A program made the translations under genes and the position numbers. A stretch of 58,225 nucleotides of DNA from IMG/VR virus record IMGVR_UViG_3300018481_000025, positions 1-58,225 of that record; one strand, given 5' to 3'. The notes under the pieces were generated by a model. The model was not told where the DNA came from. It did no database searches and saw only the letters and a list, made by a program, of their open reading frames with translations. This document shows, piece by piece, positions 16,758-26,497 of this stretch (the stretch's first letter is position 1; each line of letters begins with the position of its first letter). This stretch comes from a virus. Lineage: Duplodnaviria; Caudoviricetes.

Positions 16758-17835
16758 CCAGCAAGTGCCGTCCAATGGTGTCGACCCGAATGTTACGTTA
16801 CCGCCAGAGGTCCGCGCCAGCATCGCACGCGGTAACGATGCTCATGCTGCGCACTATGCGCCTCAACCGAACGGGGCTCCGCCTGCGCCGCCGAACGGTG
16901 CGCAGGCCGAGTTACCGCTACAGCAGCCTGAGCTTCCAGAAACGAACCCTGATGGCTCGGTTAACTGGGAGAACCGGTTCCGCGCACTGAAGGGTCGCTA
17001 CGACGCCGACAGCAGGCGGTGGGGTGAGACCCAGCAGCAGTACGACACGCGCATGCGCGAGCTGACCAACGAGCGTGAGCGCCTGATGCGCGGACCGTTG
17101 CCCGGCGAGAATGTCGACGAGCCGCCAGTCCTGATCTCGGAGAAGGAGAAAGCCGACTACGGCGAGGATCTGATCGAGATCATGAAGCGGGCTGCCGTCG
17201 AGGCGGTCATGCCGATGTTGAAGCCGATCGCGACGACGGTCGGTCAGATGCAGGCACGGGTCGAAACGACTGAGACCGAGAGTGGTCGACAGTTCCTCAG
17301 CCGCATGCATAGTTCAATGGACAGCATGGTGCCGGGGTGGAACGACCTGAACAAGGATCCGAATTTCATTGCGTGGACCAAACGGCAGGACGTATATTCC
17401 GGCCTCAACCGGCAAGAGCTACTTCAGAAGGCGTGGTACGCAGGCGATAGCAACCGTGTCGCTGCCTTCTTTCAGGGGTACCTTGCAGAGGAGGCTGCCA
17501 CGGACCCGGCAGCGTTCGCAGCGCGCCAGCAGGCGTACGGAGGACAGGGAGGACACGCCGCAGGGCCTGCTTCTCCTACCCCCCAAGCCCCTGCCCGAGT
17601 GACGCTCGAACAGCTGGCGGCTCCCGGCAGAGCCCGAGCGGCGACGACAGTCCCCGCAGGCAAGCCCGTCTGGACAGCTGACGGCATCAGCCAATTCTAC
17701 ATGGACTGTGCCCAAGGCAAGTTCCGAGGACGGGATGCTGAGCGCGTCGCGACTGAGGCCGACCTGATGTCGGCGCAGCGCGAAGGACGCATTGTCGTCA
17801 ACCCTCGCACGGCGACCACGCTGACGGGCCATTGA
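16735..17835 (+). CDS. Capsid scaffolding protein
   Basis: WENRFRALKGRY coiled coil; VPGWNDLNKDPNFIAW; AQREGRI; directly before capsid. Confidence 0.8.
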   Translation: MPDPVPPNQQVPSNGVDPNVTLPPEVRASIARGNDAHAAHYAPQPNGAPPAPPNGAQAELPLQQPELPETNPDGSVNWENRFRALKGRYDADSRRWGETQQQYDTRMRELTNERERLMRGPLPGENVDEPPVLISEKEKADYGEDLIEIMKRAAVEAVMPMLKPIATTVGQMQARVETTETESGRQFLSRMHSSMDSMVPGWNDLNKDPNFIAWTKRQDVYSGLNRQELLQKAWYAGDSNRVAAFFQGYLAEEAATDPAAFAARQQAYGGQGGHAAGPASPTPQAPARVTLEQLAAPGRARAATTVPAGKPVWTADGISQFYMDCAQGKFRGRDAERVATEADLMSAQREGRIVVNPRTATTLTGH

Positions 17836-17845
17836 TAAATATCAA

Positions 17846-17872
17846 GGCTCCTGCGGGGTAGCCGCAGGAGCC
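17846..17872 (+). promoter_or_regulatory. Hairpin sequestering the major capsid RBS
   Basis: ggctcctgcgg-ggtag-ccgcAGGAGcc, then ATG at 17877. Confidence 0.6.
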
Positions 17873-17876
17873 TCCC

Positions 17877-18887
17877 ATGGCCGTCTATCCTCTCGCTGGA
17901 TCAGGCACCACGCCTGCCATCTATCCTTCCGGTTCACTAACCCCTAGCCCGGCTTACTCGCATACCGTCATCCCCGAGATCTGGTCGGGGAAGTTGCTGG
18001 AGAAGTTTTACGCCAGCACAGTGCTGGCAGCGATCAGCAACACGGCGTACGAGGGCGAGATCAAGAACCAAGGCGACACGGTTCATATCCGCACCAAGCC
18101 AACTATCACGATCAACGACTACCTCGCCGACGGTGGTATCGTTGTCGAGCGGCCGTCGTCCAACATCATCGACCTCGTGATCAACAAGGGTAAGTACTTC
18201 GCCACCATCCTCGACGACGTGATGGAGGTGCAGTCCGACCTCAACCTGCTCGGCATCTGGTCGGATGACGCCAGCCAGCAGATGAAGATCAAGATCGACC
18301 AAGACGTCCTGCTCGGCCTGCTCGGTCAGGCTGATGCCTCCAACCGGGGGGCGACCGCAGGCAAGATCTCGGCGGCAATTAACCTCGGCGTCACCGGCAC
18401 ACCGCTTACCGTCTCGTCTGTTACCGGCACGCCTGCCGGTGCGGTCTCGGTGCTCGACGTGCTGCTGCGCATGGGACAGGCGCTCGACGAGCAGAACATT
18501 CCTGAAGAGGGACGCTGGGCAATCATCCCAACGTGGGCAGCGACCAAGATCAAGCAGTCGGAACTGCGGCAGGCGTATTTGTCGGGCGACAGCGTGTCGA
18601 TGCTGCGCAACGGCCGCCTCGGCATGGTCGACCGCTTTACCATCTACGTGTCCAACCTTCTCCCGAAAGGTGTGGTCACGGGACCCCCGGCACTGGCGGC
18701 AGGCGAGTGGGTGATCTATGCGGGACATCCGCACGGTCTCACTTTCGCGTCTCAAGTCTCGAAGGTCGAGACGCTGCGCTCCGAACACACCTTCGGCCAG
18801 ATCCTGCGCGGCTTGCAGGTCTACGGCTACAAGGTGATCGACGGAGTTGCGATCACGCAAGCGATCGTCACGCCAGCAGCGGGCTAG
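17877..18887 (+). CDS. Major capsid protein
   Basis: IPEIWSGKLLEKFY..YEGEIKNQGDTVHIR..RGLQVYGYKV (P22-coat-like HK97 fold). Confidence 0.93.
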   Translation: MAVYPLAGSGTTPAIYPSGSLTPSPAYSHTVIPEIWSGKLLEKFYASTVLAAISNTAYEGEIKNQGDTVHIRTKPTITINDYLADGGIVVERPSSNIIDLVINKGKYFATILDDVMEVQSDLNLLGIWSDDASQQMKIKIDQDVLLGLLGQADASNRGATAGKISAAINLGVTGTPLTVSSVTGTPAGAVSVLDVLLRMGQALDEQNIPEEGRWAIIPTWAATKIKQSELRQAYLSGDSVSMLRNGRLGMVDRFTIYVSNLLPKGVVTGPPALAAGEWVIYAGHPHGLTFASQVSKVETLRSEHTFGQILRGLQVYGYKVIDGVAITQAIVTPAAG

Positions 18888-18895
18888 CTCCCAGT

Positions 18896-18940
18896 ACGAC
18901 CCGCCTTATATGCCTATAAGGCGGGTCGTTCTTTCCTCTT
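18896..18940 (+). terminator. Post-capsid terminator built around palindrome copy 10 (core 18905-18920)
   Basis: acgacccgc-cttata-tgcc-tataag-gcgggtcgt followed by tctttcctctt. Confidence 0.75.
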
Positions 18941-18954
18941 AACCGGGGGCTGGG

Positions 18955-20892
18955 ATGGCCGCTTGGACGGATAGTCCTGAAGCGCCAGCATCGCCGACCG
19001 TCGGTGATGGCTGGCACAACACGACCAACGACCGACGGTATGTCTGGACGAGTGATGCGCGTGGCATGGGCGCATGGTTCCAGATACCGCGACGTCCAGT
19101 CTCCGTTCCTCCTGCACCCCCTATCCCATCGGTCTACAAGGCGGTTGCGCTGAGCGATGCGCCAACTGTCACCAACGACACACCCAAGCACACGTTGAGC
19201 GATGTGCCGCCGCCCACCCCATCGGTGGGCGATTTCTGGTGGGATACAACACGCGGCTTTCTGTTCACTTGGTACGACGACGGCAGCACCTTGCAGTGGG
19301 TGGTGTCTAACCCCGGTCAGGGTGGTGAAGTTGGTCCGCCCGGTCAGACCGGCGACAAGGGCGATACCGGTGAGACGGGACCGCAGGGAGAGCCGGGCGA
19401 GGTTGGTCCGCAGGGTCCGCCGGGTCAGGTGGGTCCGATCGGACCGCAGGGTCCGCAAGGTGAGCAGGGTATTCAAGGTGAGACTGGCGCTGCCAGTACT
19501 GTGCCGGGTCCTGTTGGTCCGATGGGACCACAAGGCGAGCAGGGCATTCAGGGTGAGACGGGTGCGCAGGGACCGCAGGGCATTCAAGGGCCGCAAGGTA
19601 TTCAAGGCGCAACGGGCGCAACGGGCGCAACGGGTGCTGACAGCACGGTGCCGGGGCCACAAGGTCCGCAGGGCATTCAAGGTGAGGCGGGTGTGCAAGG
19701 CCCGGTTGGACCGCAGGGTCCGCAGGGTGCAGCAGGCACCGGCATCAATTTCAAAGGCGAGGTGCCAACCGAGGCTAACCTGCCGGTGGCAGGCAACGCG
19801 CAGGGTGATGCCTACCTCACCAGCGATACCGACGAGCTGTTTGTCTGGGACGCTGCGACAGGAACGTGGGTCAGCGGCGGCAGTATCCAAGGTCCGCAGG
19901 GTGTGCAGGGGCCGCAAGGCATTCAGGGACCGCAGGGCATTCAGGGACCGACGGGAGCAACGGGTCCGGCGGGGGCTGACAGCACGGTACCGGGACCGCA
20001 GGGTCCGCAAGGCGTCAAAGGCGATACCGGCGCTCAGGGCATTCAGGGACCGCAGGGTGTCAAAGGTGACACGGGTGCAACGGGTGCCACGGGGCCGACG
20101 GGTCCGATGGGCACGACGTTCACCGGCCCGACGCCGCCACCAGACCCAACTCCCGGTCAGCTGTGGTACTGGACCGAGGCTACGACCGGCGGCGGCTGTC
20201 TGTTCATCTGGTACAACGATGGCACGTCGAGCCAATGGGTCCCTGCGGTCGCGCAGCCAGCAGCCAACGCGATCCCGGCTGGCGTGATCAACGACTTCGC
20301 GGGAGCAAACGCGCCGACTGGCTGGTTGATGGCCAATGGTCAAGCAGTCAGCCGGACAGCGTTCGCCGCGTTGTTCAATGTCATCGGCGTGAACTACGGC
20401 CCCGGCGATGGCACGACGACGTTCAACGTGCCTGATCTCTGCGGCCGTGTGACGGCTGGTCTCGACAACATGGGCGGCATCACCGCCAAGGGACGGTGGG
20501 CGGCTGCGCTTACCTTGGGCTACGTGGCGGGCACGGAGACTGTCACGCTCGACGCCAACACGATGCCGGTGCACACCCACGGTATCAGCGATCCGACGCA
20601 CGTCCATGCCATTGCCGATCCGGGCCACAGCCATGGCATTGGCGACCCGACCCATCAGCACTGGATTGAAGGCTACAACAATGGTTGCGGTTGCACGGGC
20701 GGCGGCGCAACACAGTGGACGGGTGGTGCGTACACGGGCCTTGCGGGAACTGGTATCTGGACCGGCGGCGCGGGGACCGGCGTCTACAACGATTACCGTT
20801 ACACGGGGGTCACTGCTGCCAACGCAGGCGGCGGGTTGGCGCATGCCAACGTGCAGCCAACGATGGCGCTGAATAAAATCATTAAAACTTAG
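18955..20892 (+). CDS. Collagen-like tail fibre with tail-collar domain
   Basis: Long Gly-X-Y runs; [44 protein letters not shown] collar; [10 protein letters not shown] repeats. Confidence 0.9.
   Translation: MAAWTDSPEAPASPTVGDGWHNTTNDRRYVWTSDARGMGAWFQIPRRPVSVPPAPPIPSVYKAVALSDAPTVTNDTPKHTLSDVPPPTPSVGDFWWDTTRGFLFTWYDDGSTLQWVVSNPGQGGEVGPPGQTGDKGDTGETGPQGEPGEVGPQGPPGQVGPIGPQGPQGEQGIQGETGAASTVPGPVGPMGPQGEQGIQGETGAQGPQGIQGPQGIQGATGATGATGADSTVPGPQGPQGIQGEAGVQGPVGPQGPQGAAGTGINFKGEVPTEANLPVAGNAQGDAYLTSDTDELFVWDAATGTWVSGGSIQGPQGVQGPQGIQGPQGIQGPTGATGPAGADSTVPGPQGPQGVKGDTGAQGIQGPQGVKGDTGATGATGPTGPMGTTFTGPTPPPDPTPGQLWYWTEATTGGGCLFIWYNDGTSSQWVPAVAQPAANAIPAGVINDFAGANAPTGWLMANGQAVSRTAFAALFNVIGVNYGPGDGTTTFNVPDLCGRVTAGLDNMGGITAKGRWAAALTLGYVAGTETVTLDANTMPVHTHGISDPTHVHAIADPGHSHGIGDPTHQHWIEGYNNGCGCTGGGATQWTGGAYTGLAGTGIWTGGAGTGVYNDYRYTGVTAANAGGGLAHANVQPTMALNKIIKT
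19315..20110 (+). repeat. Collagen Gly-X-Y coding repeats
   Basis: [12 protein letters not shown] and [14 protein letters not shown] repeats, interrupted by one globular segment. Confidence 0.9.
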
Positions 20893-20901
20893 GAGAGATC
20901 A

Positions 20902-21219
20902 ATGTCGGAAACTGTCAGCTACGTCGTCACTGGCTTCTTGAATGAAGCACTTATCGTCAAGTTTATGCTGGGTGATGCAAACGAGGTTTTGAGTTTTAAG
21001 TATGACGGGTTGCGACCGATCAAGGAGTTCCTCGACGAGCAAGCGATGTGGGTGATGCCGACGCTGCGGCAGAAGGTGCGGCAAGCTCCAGTCGATCTGA
21101 TGACGCTTGTTGGTGTTGCTGGGTCGGTTGTCGTCCCTGATTTGCCTGCACCGCCGCCTCCGCCGCAGGCGCAGTTCTTCCACGAGCATCCTGATCCTGC
21201 CCAAGTGACCAAGCGATAA
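20902..21219 (+). CDS. Hypothetical protein, possible fibre chaperone
   Basis: AGGAG RBS; follows fibre gene. Confidence 0.6.
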   Translation: MSETVSYVVTGFLNEALIVKFMLGDANEVLSFKYDGLRPIKEFLDEQAMWVMPTLRQKVRQAPVDLMTLVGVAGSVVVPDLPAPPPPPQAQFFHEHPDPAQVTKR

Positions 21220-21863
21220 TGGCCACTCTCGACTTCCCCACCGCGCCAACCATTGGCCAGTACTACGTTGCTGGCAACGGTGTGACGTACCAATGGAACG
21301 GCACCATGTGGCTGCCGGTCGGGGGGACGACTGGGCTTTACATCGGGCTGACGCCGCCACCGTCGCCGGGCGCGGGCCAGCTGTGGTTCAACCCCGAGCA
21401 TGCGCGGCTCTACGTCTACTACAACGACGGCAACACGACGCAGTGGGTGCCGAGCGCGCCGATACCGGGGACGCAGGCGATACCGGCGGTGACGATGCCC
21501 GGTGCTGATCCGGGCTGCAAGACGACGTTGCTCGCGGGGCAGACATCTCTGGCGACTACTTGGACGAACCTCATCTCCACGGGGACAATAGGTCTTGCCA
21601 ATCAAAAATGGAAAATCAGTGCGTTCATCGCCATCAACAACAATCCTGCAAACTGGTCTTACATCGAAGTCATCGACGGCGCTGGTGGGACGTGGATGAA
21701 CGCTGCGGTTTACAATTCGGTAAACGGTGCGACGGCTAACGCTTTCATGGAGCGTATCATCGTGATGACCGCGCCGATGGCTTTCACGTTGCGCGCCTAC
21801 GCTCCTACTGCGGCGACTGCCCAAAGTGGGGCGACTGGGCTTACGGCGGAGAGGCTCACCTGA
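21219..21863 (+). CDS. Fibre/receptor-binding protein with modules A and B
   Basis: LDFPTAPTIGQ..YQWNGTMW; GQLWFN..LYVYYNDGNTTQWV. Confidence 0.75.
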   Translation: MATLDFPTAPTIGQYYVAGNGVTYQWNGTMWLPVGGTTGLYIGLTPPPSPGAGQLWFNPEHARLYVYYNDGNTTQWVPSAPIPGTQAIPAVTMPGADPGCKTTLLAGQTSLATTWTNLISTGTIGLANQKWKISAFIAINNNPANWSYIEVIDGAGGTWMNAAVYNSVNGATANAFMERIIVMTAPMAFTLRAYAPTAATAQSGATGLTAERLT

Positions 21864-22618
21864 TGGCCGCCATCGACTTCCCCGCCTCACCCGCGCTCGA
21901 TCAGGTGTTCAACGCGTCTAACGGTTCGACGTATCAGTGGAATGGGACGGTATGGATACCGACCGGCGTCTCGGGCTCGCAGATTGTCATGGGCGATACG
22001 CCGCCAGCCACCCCCAATCCCGGCCAGCTGTGGTTCAACTCGGCGCTCGGTCAGTTGTTCATCTGGTACAGCGACGGTACGTCGAGCCAGTGGGTGCCAA
22101 CCAACCCGGTGCCAGTCGCGGCAGGCGGCGGCATCATCCGCGAGGTGATCGTGACGACGCCGCAGCCGACGATTGATCTTTTCAGTCTCGGCGTGAAGTC
22201 GGTGAAGTTGATGTTCAAGCTACAGCCAGTAACGAACGGCGGCGATCTTCTGTTGCGCCATGCCAACGGGACGACGCCGATCACGACAGCGACCTACGCT
22301 AATCTGCTCATGTACAATATCCATACGAGCCCGACACCCCCCAGCGGACTTTTTTCCAACGCCGCTACGGGGTATCTCCTCGCCAACCTCGTCAGCAACA
22401 ACGCACAGCATTGGGTTTCGGGAGAGATTTGTTTTCCCGATCTTACCGGAAGGCAACAGGGCACCGCCTCGGTCGGCTTCTGGCAGACCGTATTTCTTAA
22501 TTTTCAAGGCCAGCTTGTAGGGGACATCGCGGGTAGCGGGTTCAACGGTCTTCAATTTGTTCTCACTGCGGGAAACTTCGCAGTGGGCAGTTTCGTCCGC
22601 GTCATTGGATGGCCGTGA
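21863..22618 (+). CDS. Fibre/receptor-binding protein with modules A and B
   Basis: IDFPASPALDQ..YQWNGTVW; [20 protein letters not shown]. Confidence 0.75.
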   Translation: MAAIDFPASPALDQVFNASNGSTYQWNGTVWIPTGVSGSQIVMGDTPPATPNPGQLWFNSALGQLFIWYSDGTSSQWVPTNPVPVAAGGGIIREVIVTTPQPTIDLFSLGVKSVKLMFKLQPVTNGGDLLLRHANGTTPITTATYANLLMYNIHTSPTPPSGLFSNAATGYLLANLVSNNAQHWVSGEICFPDLTGRQQGTASVGFWQTVFLNFQGQLVGDIAGSGFNGLQFVLTAGNFAVGSFVRVIGWP

Positions 22619-23667
22619 TGATCAACTTCCCCAACACTCCCACCATCGGCGACGTCTACTACGCACCCAGCAGCGGCGTCAGCTATCGCTGGGACGGTAC
22701 GCTGTGGCTAGGCTATCCCAGCGCAGGGCCGGGCTACGGACCGAGTGGCGATTTTTGTGCCAACATTTATCAGGGAGGAACTGCGACACCGACAGCTTTG
22801 TCCCTGCTGACGACTATGCCCGTGACGTCTGGCAATGCAGGCAACTGGTACAACCCTGCTACGGGTCGTTACCAGCCGCCGCCCGGTCGCTATTACATCA
22901 TGGGGACGACATGCATCTATGCGACGACCAGCGCTGTGCATCACGACCTCTATCTTAAAAAGAACGGTGCCTACGTCCTCTACGCCGGGGACACTATCGG
23001 TGCGAACGCTTGGTATACCGATCCGCAGGTAGCTGGGGTCTTTGATTGTAACGGCTCGGATTACTTCGAGCTGTGGGCTTGCTCGCGGGGCGCGTCAGGG
23101 ACGTGGCAGAACATCACCTTCCTCGCCTTCCCCATTTCGGGGGCGAAGGGACCACCGGGTGACAAGGGCGCACCGGGTGTAACTGGCGGCCAGTTGCTGG
23201 CCGAGCAAGTAGCCACGGTCAATACAGCAGCCTTTAACCTGACGAACTTGGGCGGAGCGAAAACGGTCGAGATTGGCTTCGTCATGATGTCGTCGGCGGC
23301 TGATGACGGCATTCGTATGCGCGTGCTGAGTGGCGGGACACCGCTCGGGAGCGGCTACGCCATGCGGCGGACGTATATTTCTAGCGCTAGCGCGCCGGGT
23401 GGAGACGCTAATTCTCTTGCGTACTTTGACCTTGGTGCGGGTAACGCCAACACCGCGACCTATCCGACGATGGGCAAAATCTCGATCATGAACATGGGCG
23501 CACCGCTGGGCCTGCGTGCAATGGCGCAATACTGGTACACCGGACCCACTACCAACTACACGTTCAATGCTTCGTTTAATGGGCCGGTTGGAGATGGCAT
23601 CCAATTGTATTGGGGGACTGGGCAGATTGCACCAAATAGCCTCGCCCGTGCGATTGGTTGGACATAG
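22609..23667 (+). CDS. Fibre protein with module A, C1q-like domain and C-terminal beta domain
   Basis: INFPNTPTIGD..YRWDGTLW; YNPATGRYQPPPGRYYI..LKKNG. Confidence 0.75.
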   Translation: MAVMINFPNTPTIGDVYYAPSSGVSYRWDGTLWLGYPSAGPGYGPSGDFCANIYQGGTATPTALSLLTTMPVTSGNAGNWYNPATGRYQPPPGRYYIMGTTCIYATTSAVHHDLYLKKNGAYVLYAGDTIGANAWYTDPQVAGVFDCNGSDYFELWACSRGASGTWQNITFLAFPISGAKGPPGDKGAPGVTGGQLLAEQVATVNTAAFNLTNLGGAKTVEIGFVMMSSAADDGIRMRVLSGGTPLGSGYAMRRTYISSASAPGGDANSLAYFDLGAGNANTATYPTMGKISIMNMGAPLGLRAMAQYWYTGPTTNYTFNASFNGPVGDGIQLYWGTGQIAPNSLARAIGWT

Positions 23668-23685
23668 GGGGGATCGGTATGACCC

Positions 23686-23919
23686 GTGAAGGAACCCTTC
23701 GACCCAATACGAGCGAGCTTCTACCTGATTGCGTCGATCCTCGGTGTGCAATGTGTCGTGGCGCTGGCTGGGCTGGCTGCCTGCATCTACTGGAGCGGGG
23801 CAGTGGTGGAGGGCAAGTGGAGCTGCGAGAACATCAATTCAACGCTCAACCAGCTGCTGACTGGCGCACTCGCAGCCGCCCTCGCCTTCGCTGCCGGGTT
23901 CACGCGGAAGGATAAGTGA
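23686..23919 (+). CDS. Small two-TM membrane protein (holin candidate)
   Basis: Two hydrophobic segments, basic C-terminus. Confidence 0.55.
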   Translation: MKEPFDPIRASFYLIASILGVQCVVALAGLAACIYWSGAVVEGKWSCENINSTLNQLLTGALAAALAFAAGFTRKDK

Positions 23920-24353
23920 TGCAATTTGAAATTCCCAGTGTACCTCTCGTCGGTCAGTTCTTCACCGGACCGAACAACACGGTTTATCGCTGGAGCGGCT
24001 TCGCATGGGAGACGGTCGACTGGCGTACGGCGGGACGGACGCCAACGATCACGATGGCACCGACCCCACCCGACCTGCCGATCCCCGGCGACATGTGGTT
24101 CAACACCGAGAAGGGCTACCTGTACCTCTGGTACGACGACGGCTCGACCACGCAGTGGGTCGTGGCTAATCCCGGCCGTGGTACGATCGAGGGACCGCCG
24201 GGACAAACAGGGCCACCGGGCCCGATCGGTCCAGTCGGCCCTGTCGGACCGGAGGGTCCAATTGGACCCGTTGGACCACCGGGACCAGAGGGCGCACAAG
24301 GGCCAGAGGGACCGCAGGGACCGCCGGGTGAACCCGCAGGGTTTAGGAGCTAG
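23916..24353 (+). CDS. Short collagen-tailed protein with modules A and B
   Basis: [16 protein letters not shown]; [25 protein letters not shown]; Gly-X-Y tail. Confidence 0.75.
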   Translation: MMQFEIPSVPLVGQFFTGPNNTVYRWSGFAWETVDWRTAGRTPTITMAPTPPDLPIPGDMWFNTEKGYLYLWYDDGSTTQWVVANPGRGTIEGPPGQTGPPGPIGPVGPVGPEGPIGPVGPPGPEGAQGPEGPQGPPGEPAGFRS

Positions 24354-24355
24354 CC

Positions 24356-24832
24356 ATGGCTGAGATGGACTTCCCGCCACTTCCCGTAATCGGGCAGCAC
24401 TACACAGCTCCGTCGGGCATCGTCTATCAGTTCGATGGCTACGGCTGGGTCATCGGCTTCTACGACACCGATGATGATGCCCTCTATACGCTGGGCGACC
24501 TGCTCGATCAGATCCGCATCCTGTTGCAGGACACTGACACGTCGGGCAGCGAGTACCGCTACTCCACCGGCTCGCTCGTGCTCAACATCAATCAGGGTCT
24601 GCTGGAGATGTACCGCATCCGCCCGGACATATTTCTCGAACTCAAATTCAAAGTGCCAACTTACAGCGACGCTCAGCTCGACACGGCACTGGCTATCGAG
24701 CCGCAGCATGTCCCGGCGCTGGTCTACTACGCCGTCGGTATGGCTCAGCTGCGCGATGACGAAGGTACGCAGGACCAGCGTGCCAGTGCGTTCCTGACCA
24801 AGTTTGTCTCCATGCTGGCGTCTCTCGCCTGA
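24356..24832 (+). CDS. Head-tail adaptor-like protein with N-terminal module A
   Basis: MDFPPLPVIGQ..YQFDGYGW; then IRILLQD..YRYS..INQGLLEMYRIRPD..ALVYY. Confidence 0.7.
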   Translation: MAEMDFPPLPVIGQHYTAPSGIVYQFDGYGWVIGFYDTDDDALYTLGDLLDQIRILLQDTDTSGSEYRYSTGSLVLNINQGLLEMYRIRPDIFLELKFKVPTYSDAQLDTALAIEPQHVPALVYYAVGMAQLRDDEGTQDQRASAFLTKFVSMLASLA

Positions 24833-24840
24833 GGTGATCC

Positions 24841-25512
24841 ATGCCCGGACCTTTTGATCGCATCTTCGCCGACGTTCGCAAAGACCTCCCTAGCGTGGTC
24901 GATGCCACTTTGCGGCAAGAGCTGTTCCGGGTGATGGACGACTTCACCCAGCACACCAACATCTGGCAGGAGCATGTGGCTTTCGAAGTCGTACCGCATG
25001 TGACGACCTACAAGGTGACGATGGCAACCGGCAAGCCGAACCGGCTGATGACCGTCTACGACGACAACGGACCGTATTTTGGACCGTTGATTTATCCAGC
25101 ACCTCCCCGTGACAGCCTTCCGCCCAACCCGACATTCTGGCCCGGCGGTCCGGTGACGATGCGCGTGCCCGGCACCTTGCAGCTGCCGAGAGACAGGAAC
25201 ATGAGCGCGGTCTGGTGGGCAGTGATTGCCAAGCGCACGGCAGAGCCGCTCGATGCTGACAAGTATCCGGTGATCGACGAGTGGATCGTCGACAAGTACG
25301 CCGACACGATCGGTCGCGGTGTGCTCGCCCGCCTGTTGGCCGAGCCACAGAAACCCTACTCCAACCCGATGCTCGCTGCGATGAACCAGAAGGCGTACAT
25401 CAGTGGTCGGTCAGAAGCTCGCGTCAACGACAGCCACGCCAACATCTTCGACGGCGCGAACTGGCGCTTCCCGCAGTCGTTCGCGACGGTCAATAGAAAG
25501 GGCTTCACCTAA
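24841..25512 (+). CDS. Tail adaptor/tube-like structural protein
   Basis: DFTQHTNIW..YADTIGRGVLARLLAEPQKPYSNP; gene position. Confidence 0.65.
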   Translation: MPGPFDRIFADVRKDLPSVVDATLRQELFRVMDDFTQHTNIWQEHVAFEVVPHVTTYKVTMATGKPNRLMTVYDDNGPYFGPLIYPAPPRDSLPPNPTFWPGGPVTMRVPGTLQLPRDRNMSAVWWAVIAKRTAEPLDADKYPVIDEWIVDKYADTIGRGVLARLLAEPQKPYSNPMLAAMNQKAYISGRSEARVNDSHANIFDGANWRFPQSFATVNRKGFT

Positions 25513-26249
25513 TGGCCTACTGGATCCGACATAAGTTCGTCACGGCCAAGGGCGATGGCACTAACACGACCTTGGTCAAGCCGTCGAACTGGAACGAGGA
25601 CCACGACATCTGGATGGACGAGGGGACGGTCATCGGTCGCCCTCCCGGTTCAGGTCCGGGGCCGGGGCAGGAGATACCGATCTCTGCTTTGTTCCCGGCG
25701 GGCATGGTTACACCATATGCTGGTTCTACCGCCCCGGCAGGTTGGTTGTTGTGTGCAGGCCAATCACTCCTGCGCGCCGACTATCCAAACCTGTTTGCGG
25801 CGATTGGTGGGACCTATGGTGCAGTAGATGCGACGCACTTCAGTCTTCCCGACATGCGTGGACGCACCGCTGTTGGTGTCGATCCCGGCACGGGTCGTAT
25901 CGGTGCTTACGTCGCTGGCGCACTGGGTAGTTCAGGCGGTCAGGAGAGCGAGCAGCAATACTGCGACGTCACTGTTGGCGGCACGATGTACGGCTATACC
26001 CAAGGGTCGATCAGCGTGAACGTCGCTATGAATACCCACAACGAAAGTTCCGGTGTCGGCGGACTTCAGTTCGGCGGCAGCGGTTACGCGGCGCAAACCC
26101 ATTACCATTACATGGATGGCTGGTTTAACACTCAAGGCGCGCTCCGAACGTACGTCAACGAAGGCAATATGACTGGCGGTGGCTGGACGCGACTGGCGTC
26201 GAACATGCAGCCATCACTCGTGCTGAATTACATCATCAAGGTGTCGTAG
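25512..26249 (+). CDS. Second tail-collar fibre protein
   Basis: PAGMVTPYAGSTAPAGWLLCAGQ..YPNLFAAIGGTYG..LPDMRGR..NMQPSLVLNYIIK. Confidence 0.88.
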   Translation: MAYWIRHKFVTAKGDGTNTTLVKPSNWNEDHDIWMDEGTVIGRPPGSGPGPGQEIPISALFPAGMVTPYAGSTAPAGWLLCAGQSLLRADYPNLFAAIGGTYGAVDATHFSLPDMRGRTAVGVDPGTGRIGAYVAGALGSSGGQESEQQYCDVTVGGTMYGYTQGSISVNVAMNTHNESSGVGGLQFGGSGYAAQTHYHYMDGWFNTQGALRTYVNEGNMTGGGWTRLASNMQPSLVLNYIIKVS

Positions 26250-26257
26250 GAGGTCAT

Positions 26258-26497
26258 ATGGAACCCGAACTCTCTGAACAGACCAAGCTTGAACAGGAAG
26301 TCGGCCGCAAGACGGCCGCTGCAAATGCTGCGGCGTTGGTCGCCGCTGAACAGATGCGCGCTGCCGAGGCGGCCGGTCCGCCAGAGGTGGACGAGGCACA
26401 GAAGGCGGTGGATGAGGCCAAGCCGTTGCCTGTCGAGGAGCGCGAGCCGGTGTTCCCTGTGGCGGGTCGGAAGGCCAAGAACGATGGTCGCACTTAA
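26258..26497 (+). CDS. Hypothetical protein
   Basis: GGAGG RBS; Ala/Glu-rich. Confidence 0.6.
   Translation: MEPELSEQTKLEQEVGRKTAAANAAALVAAEQMRAAEAAGPPEVDEAQKAVDEAKPLPVEEREPVFPVAGRKAKNDGRT

Noticed and set aside
18868-20844. Long antisense ORFs (658 aa here; also 40834-42600, 42646-43923, 14583-15632)
   Set aside because: These are shadows of GC-rich sense genes, with no recognisable motifs.
18955-26249. Diversity-generating retroelement acting on fibre genes
   Set aside because: No reverse transcriptase in the window and no template/variable repeat pair differing at adenines was seen.
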